Part shown: positions 16,912-21,607 of the stretch, piece by piece
Layout of the letters: each line of letters begins with the position of its first letter
Position numbering within the stretch: position 1 is the stretch's first letter
DNA from: Chlamydiota bacterium
Lineage (GTDB): Bacteria; Chlamydiota; Chlamydiia; Chlamydiales; SM23-39
Assembly (NCBI GenBank): GCA_039179045.1
Contig: JBCDEZ010000024.1
Span: 1-21,607, forward strand
Length of the DNA: 21,607 bases
Direction: 5' to 3'
The notes under the pieces: model-generated
Told to the model about the DNA's origin: nothing
The model's database searches: none
The model's input: the letters and a program-made list of their open reading frames with translations, nothing else
Program-made: the position numbers and the translations under genes

Positions 16912-17946
16912 CTACTGTCCGCCCATTCTACGTGTGATGTTCGCTTTGAAATCCTTGTCAGAGCGCAAGATTTCCTGCACAATTTGCATCAACTGATTGA
17001 GGAGTTCCAAATCTTGGGAAGCTTTCCTGTATTCATTCGGTATTTTTTGCGTCAGAAGTGTTCTTTCCGCATCGGCCTGATTTTTCAAGGTTCTTAATTC
17101 ACTTGTTGTAAAAGTTCTTTTCCCCTTTTCTATCAACCCAGACTTCTCTAGAACGCGAAAGCCCTCATCCATACTCCCCTCTTCAAAGGTATACTCGGCT
17201 GGAAGATCCTCTCCAAGAGTGTCCAATTTAGACCAGAGCCTTTGTATGTTCTCAAGATCTTGAAAATACCTTTCGGCTTCCTCTCCAGAAGCAAAGCCCT
17301 TACGATTCAACAACATTTCGTAGCTAGTATAGAAACGCAAGGCAAGATTCGTGGGATTCTCTTCGTATTGAGAAGGCACAGCTTCATCTAAAGAAAGGTC
17401 CTCTTTCACCGAAGAGATCTCCTCGAGTAAGGCACTATCCGGAGGGGAAGACGCGAGCGCTTGAGGAACGGTATCCGGCCTGCGCTCCAATGGCTTGGAG
17501 CAGCTCTTTTCAACAGTCCTAGAGTTGGCATCCAGGCGTGCTAGATTAAAGATGGACGGAGCCCCTCTCGGTGCTATTTCTTCCTTGGGATCTTGAAAAG
17601 GAGTCTGAGCCGCTCTCGGATCTGCGTCTGAGAACAAACTGTTCCCATAAAATAGCGCTTGGTCAGGTGCAGGGGAAAAGAAACGGGAACACTTTCGAAA
17701 AAGATGGGGGGAAACGAGCGGTTTTTTGGCACTGAGCTCGTGAGTGCAAGGCGGAAAAGTAGAGGGCGAGCTTTGAAAAAACCGCCCTAAAGTGGGCACG
17801 AAAGAGGAAGAGGAAAAGACAGGAGGAGCTAGCGAACTGGTCTTTTCAATATTTTTCTCAAGAATAGAAGAAATAGGCACTTGCTCGTGTATCGGTGTAG
17901 CACCGAAAGGATCCACACCTTCTTCTTCCTCTAGATAAACTTCCAT
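16912..17946 (-). CDS. Putative T3SS-secreted protein with an EspA/SseB/Bsp22-like helical C-terminus
   Basis: ATG 17946 with AGGAG RBS; about 190-aa disordered N-terminus; C-terminal ...ASQDLELLNQLMQIVQEILRSDKDFKANITRRM amphipathic helix. Confidence 0.5.
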   Translation of the reverse strand: MEVYLEEEEGVDPFGATPIHEQVPISSILEKNIEKTSSLAPPVFSSSSFVPTLGRFFQSSPSTFPPCTHELSAKKPLVSPHLFRKCSRFFSPAPDQALFYGNSLFSDADPRAAQTPFQDPKEEIAPRGAPSIFNLARLDANSRTVEKSCSKPLERRPDTVPQALASSPPDSALLEEISSVKEDLSLDEAVPSQYEENPTNLALRFYTSYEMLLNRKGFASGEEAERYFQDLENIQRLWSKLDTLGEDLPAEYTFEEGSMDEGFRVLEKSGLIEKGKRTFTTSELRTLKNQADAERTLLTQKIPNEYRKASQDLELLNQLMQIVQEILRSDKDFKANITRRMGGQ

Positions 17947-17979
17947 CAATTCCTACTCCTTAACGTTGGACTCACGTGT

Positions 17980-18008
17980 ATCATAGAAGTTCTCACGTTT
18001 CTCGCCAA
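17980..18008 (-). promoter_or_regulatory. Sigma70/sigma66-type promoter for the translocon-like operon
   Basis: TTGGCG (18008-18003), 17-nt spacer, TATGAT (17985-17980). Confidence 0.65.
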
Positions 18009-18045
18009 GTTTCTTTTCGTTTCGCTTAGAGAAGATAAAGTGCGT

Positions 18046-18228
18046 ACATCTTTGCGGGTAGGCAACCGCGGTAACTCTTGAAGTCGGTGCTGGAGAAACT
18101 GACGGGATTTGTATTTGAAAAGTGGACTTTTGTTGGATAAACCAAGAGTAGGTTTTTGCATCAAGCTACAGATCCCAAATAGGTAAACCGTGCGCTTATT
18201 GTTTGTGCTAACCCTGCTCTTAAGATGC
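18046..18228 (+). ncRNA. Candidate structured RNA, element E (about 180 nt)
   Basis: Five nested or branched helices, with G-U pairs on the + strand; -10-like TAAAGT at 18036-18041 just upstream. Confidence 0.45.
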
Positions 18229-18232
18229 AAAA

Positions 18233-18363
18233 GGGAGCTCTCGTAATATAGAACACGCCCCTCGATTACCTCCTCTATTGTCCGGAGATAAGACGTTTTA
18301 GGTGCTCGGTTTCATCAACAGGGCAGTAGAGTTGTAGCTCCCATTTTAGGAAGCCACTCTCCT
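18233..18363 (-). repeat. Structured element B overlapping the 3' end of the 1073-aa gene (homologous to element A)
   Basis: 9-bp stem GTGGCTTCC/GGGAGCTAC spanning the stop codon; motif blocks shared with 6512-6650. Confidence 0.5.
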
Positions 18364-21300
18364 CACAAATCCTTTCTCTTCCAGGAAACGCAAGATAACG
18401 GCAGGCGCGTAATTTTCATCGCTATCCAACAGCTGTTCTCTCTCCTCGGGGGAGGGGAATGTGTCCATGACCCAATCGTTGAAAGAGGCAAGAGGAAGAT
18501 CGCGATCGCGCACATCGGTTAGTTTTTTCTGGAATAGTGCTACCACTTTTTTCGCCGTATAACGCTTTTGGAATCCCAACGTGACGGGAATCTCCTTCCC
18601 CTTCAACGCAAAGCGCCGCGTGTAGCGGGTGTCCAAAGTCGCTACAGAATCAAGCGCAAACATGTTGGAAAATAACGATTTATAGTACGTGACCGAAGCA
18701 GTGCCATGGGTTATGTATTCTCTATCGTTTTCTTCTTCCAAGACCTGATTTACCACAACGGTGAATTCGATATTGCGCTCTTTTTGCAATACCTTTTGCA
18801 AACGAAGCGCCAAATCGTTCTCCGTTGGACGCAGGACTCGATAGAAGAGCGTCTCCAGTACCATGTTCACACCATTGGTACAACGATTTTCTACCGCCTC
18901 CACAAATTCTTGTGCCACGATCTGCAATCTCTCGGGAAATGTTTCTTTTGAACCATCATTCCACAAAGAGTTCAAGATAGCAGAGAGCATCTTTTTGATT
19001 TTCTCCTGGTTATCATTTCCAAAAGCCCTTCCATAATGGTCGCTTGCAGTTCTATTCGCAAATCCGCTTAGGGCCTCTCGGAATCGAGATAGTAGATCCC
19101 GATCCATACCGCCATCTGCATTCGAGAGCATTCTGTACGCCTCTCCCTGTTGAAATACGATCCCATACAATATCGTCGCATCAAAAAGAGGGGCGTGAGG
19201 ATCATTCCAAAGCTCTTGACCTATCGTTGCATAAGATGCGTCTGCAAGCTCATATTTTCCTTGGTTTAGTGCTACGTGGAGCTTTGTTTTAGACAAAATA
19301 TCTTGGAAGATCTTCTCACAATTTTTTTTCTTATCGAGAAATACCTCTTTTGCTTGTTCTGGTAACTGAGCAAAACTCGGTACAACTAGCAAAGAATCCA
19401 TTTTCTCTTGCAAGGGCGCTAGATAAGTGGCGCGCTCATTCGGAGTCTTGAGAGCTGAGTGGGCAGGATCACTTGTCTTCGCTCGCAACGCTTTTGCGAC
19501 TTCATCGGCAAGGGAAAGAGTTGTTACGAATAGCTCATTTTTGTAGACGGACCGGATCTCTAGAATTCTCCGATCGCACTCCTCCTTGAGCAGAGCAAGT
19601 GTTTGCTGCGCCTTTGGAGTGAGCTCAGGCGAAGAGATCGCCGTATGCAACCATTTCCTCACGGTTTCCATCTTCTGCAAAATGCTTGATCGGCTTTCTT
19701 GATTCAGAGGGATGTTCTCGAAAAGATGGGGATCGAACACTTCTTGCAAGATCGCGTAGAAAAAGACCTTGTTTTTTTGCATAAGGAATGTCAAGATTTC
19801 TTGTTTTAGGGTACTTTCCGAGATAATGTTTTTTAGAAGCATCTCTATCTGTTCTTTTGCCTTGCGCAACTCCTTGCGCTCACGTGCTGTGCAGTAATCC
19901 TTGTTCACCATAGAAGAAAAAACCTGCACTTCCTCCAGCAATTTCGTAAGTTGCGTCACCTCTTTTTTTACTCGAGACAGAACTATGTTTTTTCGTATTT
20001 TTGGACGCAAAGACTTTCCAACAGCAAGCTGCTCTGAAAGGATCGCTACTAGAGAAGTTTGACGAGACTCCAGCTTTTCTTTCTCTGTTTTTAAAAAGGA
20101 GAGTACTTGCGTAAAGCGCGCTATTTCTAACTTCTCTTCGACTGCGCTCATGCCTTGGAAAAGAGAAATCCATTGCTGTCGCGTAAAGTCTTCTGCATAT
20201 AAGCAAAGGCTGAGGCTTTCCCGCTCTTCTTTTAAAGAGCTAATGACAGCGGGATCTGGGTTTTCACCCATTGCCCTCAATTCCTCGTCAATATTGCTCA
20301 AAAAGGCCATGACACTCTGAAAACGCTTCTCTTGCGCCTCTTTTTGTACCTTTTCCAAGGTGTCTAAAAATTGCACAACGGATTGCTCGATTTTGTCCAT
20401 TGCTGTTGGTGCAAGAGCGCGCTCTAGCATGTTACCGAAACAAAATAGAGCTTTGCTTCCCCATTGCTGGAAAGAAGCACCCGCTTTGCGTAGCTTTCGT
20501 GCAGTCTGGGCTGCGGAATCGTTTTGCTCCCCATTCATGAAATGCTTTGCAGCGCTCAAAAGAGTAGCGGCCCACATTTTCTGGATCTTTTCTTGAGCTC
20601 GTTGGGATGTATTTTCGTATCTTGTTTGCAGTTCTTGTAAACTCGTTCGAACGGAAACCGTTAATTCTTGTTGAAGCTGACTCGCAAACCACTCCCGAGC
20701 AATCTTGGCACCTTTGCGATGCTCATCTGCTGTCTTTTCAATATACGCGGCGCCCGCCTCTACTTCCCCCTTCATGAACATATCTTCCACGTGTTTGCTG
20801 GATATGCCCTGGCTCAACTGCTCAATTTCCTGTAGGAATCGGTGCGCCTTGGATAGGCGAGGAGCTTGTAAAAGAGTGTGCACCAATGTTTGGGATCTTT
20901 GAGCTAGCTTCTTTGCTCTTCCGAGAGACTCAGTAAATGTACGCCCGCGCCATTCGGCAAGACCTGCGTTTTGGGCTTTATTGATAAGAACGTCAAATGC
21001 CGTTACAAAATCTGTAAGCTTTTCTTTCTGCTCTACGACCCGATTCTGCATATCAGCTATAGCTCCATCTTGCAGTCTATCGAACTTCTGGAAAATGGCA
21101 TTTTGTTCTCGGGTAAGCTCGTCTACCGGTGTTTTTAGCACTGCAATGTGATCCCCGTAGTAGGAGCACCTTTCCTGGAGCAATTGGCGTTTTTTTTCTT
21201 GAAAAGCCTTCAAGAATTGTGTTTTTTGGCGCGTAATCTCGTTACGGTAGCACTCTGCGGTTGCCTCTCTTGCATACCGGTCAAACAATGTGACAAATGT

Positions 21301-21567
21301 TTCCTGGATTTTCTCGAATTCACTTGGTTTGAGCGTATGCAACTGATGTACTAAGACCTCATCCCTACAAAATCCTTGGATGCGGAGCTTTTTTGCGAGA
21401 TAGACAAGGTGGAGATTGCGGAAGTAAGACAAGCAGTAGCTCAACACTACCCGTGCAAGCTCCAAAAATGTCCAGTTGCCTGCAATTTTGTCCAAAGATT
21501 GGGTTTCCAGCCCAACGGGATCTTGTGATTTCGACCAAACAATTTTCACGGGAAGCAACTGACTCAT
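18346..21567 (-). CDS. Large coiled-coil protein (1073 aa), probable secreted effector with a C-terminal NEL/DUF1548-like domain
   Basis: Uninterrupted ORF with GAGG RBS; K/E/Q/L-rich helical body; C-terminal AVENRCTNG..VLE.L and later THG motifs. Confidence 0.8.
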   Translation of the reverse strand: MSQLLPVKIVWSKSQDPVGLETQSLDKIAGNWTFLELARVVLSYCLSYFRNLHLVYLAKKLRIQGFCRDEVLVHQLHTLKPSEFEKIQETFVTLFDRYAREATAECYRNEITRQKTQFLKAFQEKKRQLLQERCSYYGDHIAVLKTPVDELTREQNAIFQKFDRLQDGAIADMQNRVVEQKEKLTDFVTAFDVLINKAQNAGLAEWRGRTFTESLGRAKKLAQRSQTLVHTLLQAPRLSKAHRFLQEIEQLSQGISSKHVEDMFMKGEVEAGAAYIEKTADEHRKGAKIAREWFASQLQQELTVSVRTSLQELQTRYENTSQRAQEKIQKMWAATLLSAAKHFMNGEQNDSAAQTARKLRKAGASFQQWGSKALFCFGNMLERALAPTAMDKIEQSVVQFLDTLEKVQKEAQEKRFQSVMAFLSNIDEELRAMGENPDPAVISSLKEERESLSLCLYAEDFTRQQWISLFQGMSAVEEKLEIARFTQVLSFLKTEKEKLESRQTSLVAILSEQLAVGKSLRPKIRKNIVLSRVKKEVTQLTKLLEEVQVFSSMVNKDYCTARERKELRKAKEQIEMLLKNIISESTLKQEILTFLMQKNKVFFYAILQEVFDPHLFENIPLNQESRSSILQKMETVRKWLHTAISSPELTPKAQQTLALLKEECDRRILEIRSVYKNELFVTTLSLADEVAKALRAKTSDPAHSALKTPNERATYLAPLQEKMDSLLVVPSFAQLPEQAKEVFLDKKKNCEKIFQDILSKTKLHVALNQGKYELADASYATIGQELWNDPHAPLFDATILYGIVFQQGEAYRMLSNADGGMDRDLLSRFREALSGFANRTASDHYGRAFGNDNQEKIKKMLSAILNSLWNDGSKETFPERLQIVAQEFVEAVENRCTNGVNMVLETLFYRVLRPTENDLALRLQKVLQKERNIEFTVVVNQVLEEENDREYITHGTASVTYYKSLFSNMFALDSVATLDTRYTRRFALKGKEIPVTLGFQKRYTAKKVVALFQKKLTDVRDRDLPLASFNDWVMDTFPSPEEREQLLDSDENYAPAVILRFLEEKGFVRRVAS

Positions 21568-21607
21568 AAAACCCTCACTTTTTTATAAAAATATATTAAC
21601 ATAAAAA

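Noticed and set aside
18054..18200. RNase P-like (GGCAACCGC, TGCTGGAGAAA, GGTAAACC), SAM-riboswitch-like (GGCAACC...GGTGCT) and T-box-like words; GTGCG group II intron start
   Set aside because: The essential cores are missing: no GAGGAAAGTCC/P4, no SAM-I P1/P2 motifs, no domain V, and no downstream regulated gene
17946..18230. 94-aa ORF as a possible SycD/Scc chaperone upstream of the translocators
   Set aside because: No TPR pattern and no RBS, and it spans the operon promoter and the structured element

Overview
Gene-dense bacterial window that looks like an environmental Chlamydiota genome. That is an inference from the chlamydia-type conserved hypotheticals, a long MlaD, an Npt-like carrier and a tRNA-Met/fMet pair lacking encoded CCA. 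Left to right: a partial DUF3192-like lipoprotein missed by the ORF track, a hypothetical protein, a HIT hydrolase, an HD-phosphohydrolase plus nucleotide-carrier-like operon, a GT2 glycosyltransferase, two tRNA(CAT) genes, a gene-poor stretch (6.3-8.4 kb), a membrane protein, a 705-aa protein with a degenerate CX5R motif, an IS630 remnant, the mlaE-mlaF-mlaD operon, a three-gene type III translocon-like operon with no chaperone gene, and a 1073-aa coiled-coil protein with a possible NEL/DUF1548-like C-terminus. The most unexpected signal is non-coding. Four to five intergenic elements of about 110-180 nt (near 6.5, 8.2, 14.5, 18.1 and 18.3 kb) share colinear sequence blocks and covarying, G-U-rich stems, suggesting an unannotated multi-copy structured RNA or repeat family. 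All family calls and alignments were made by eye; no database searches were run.
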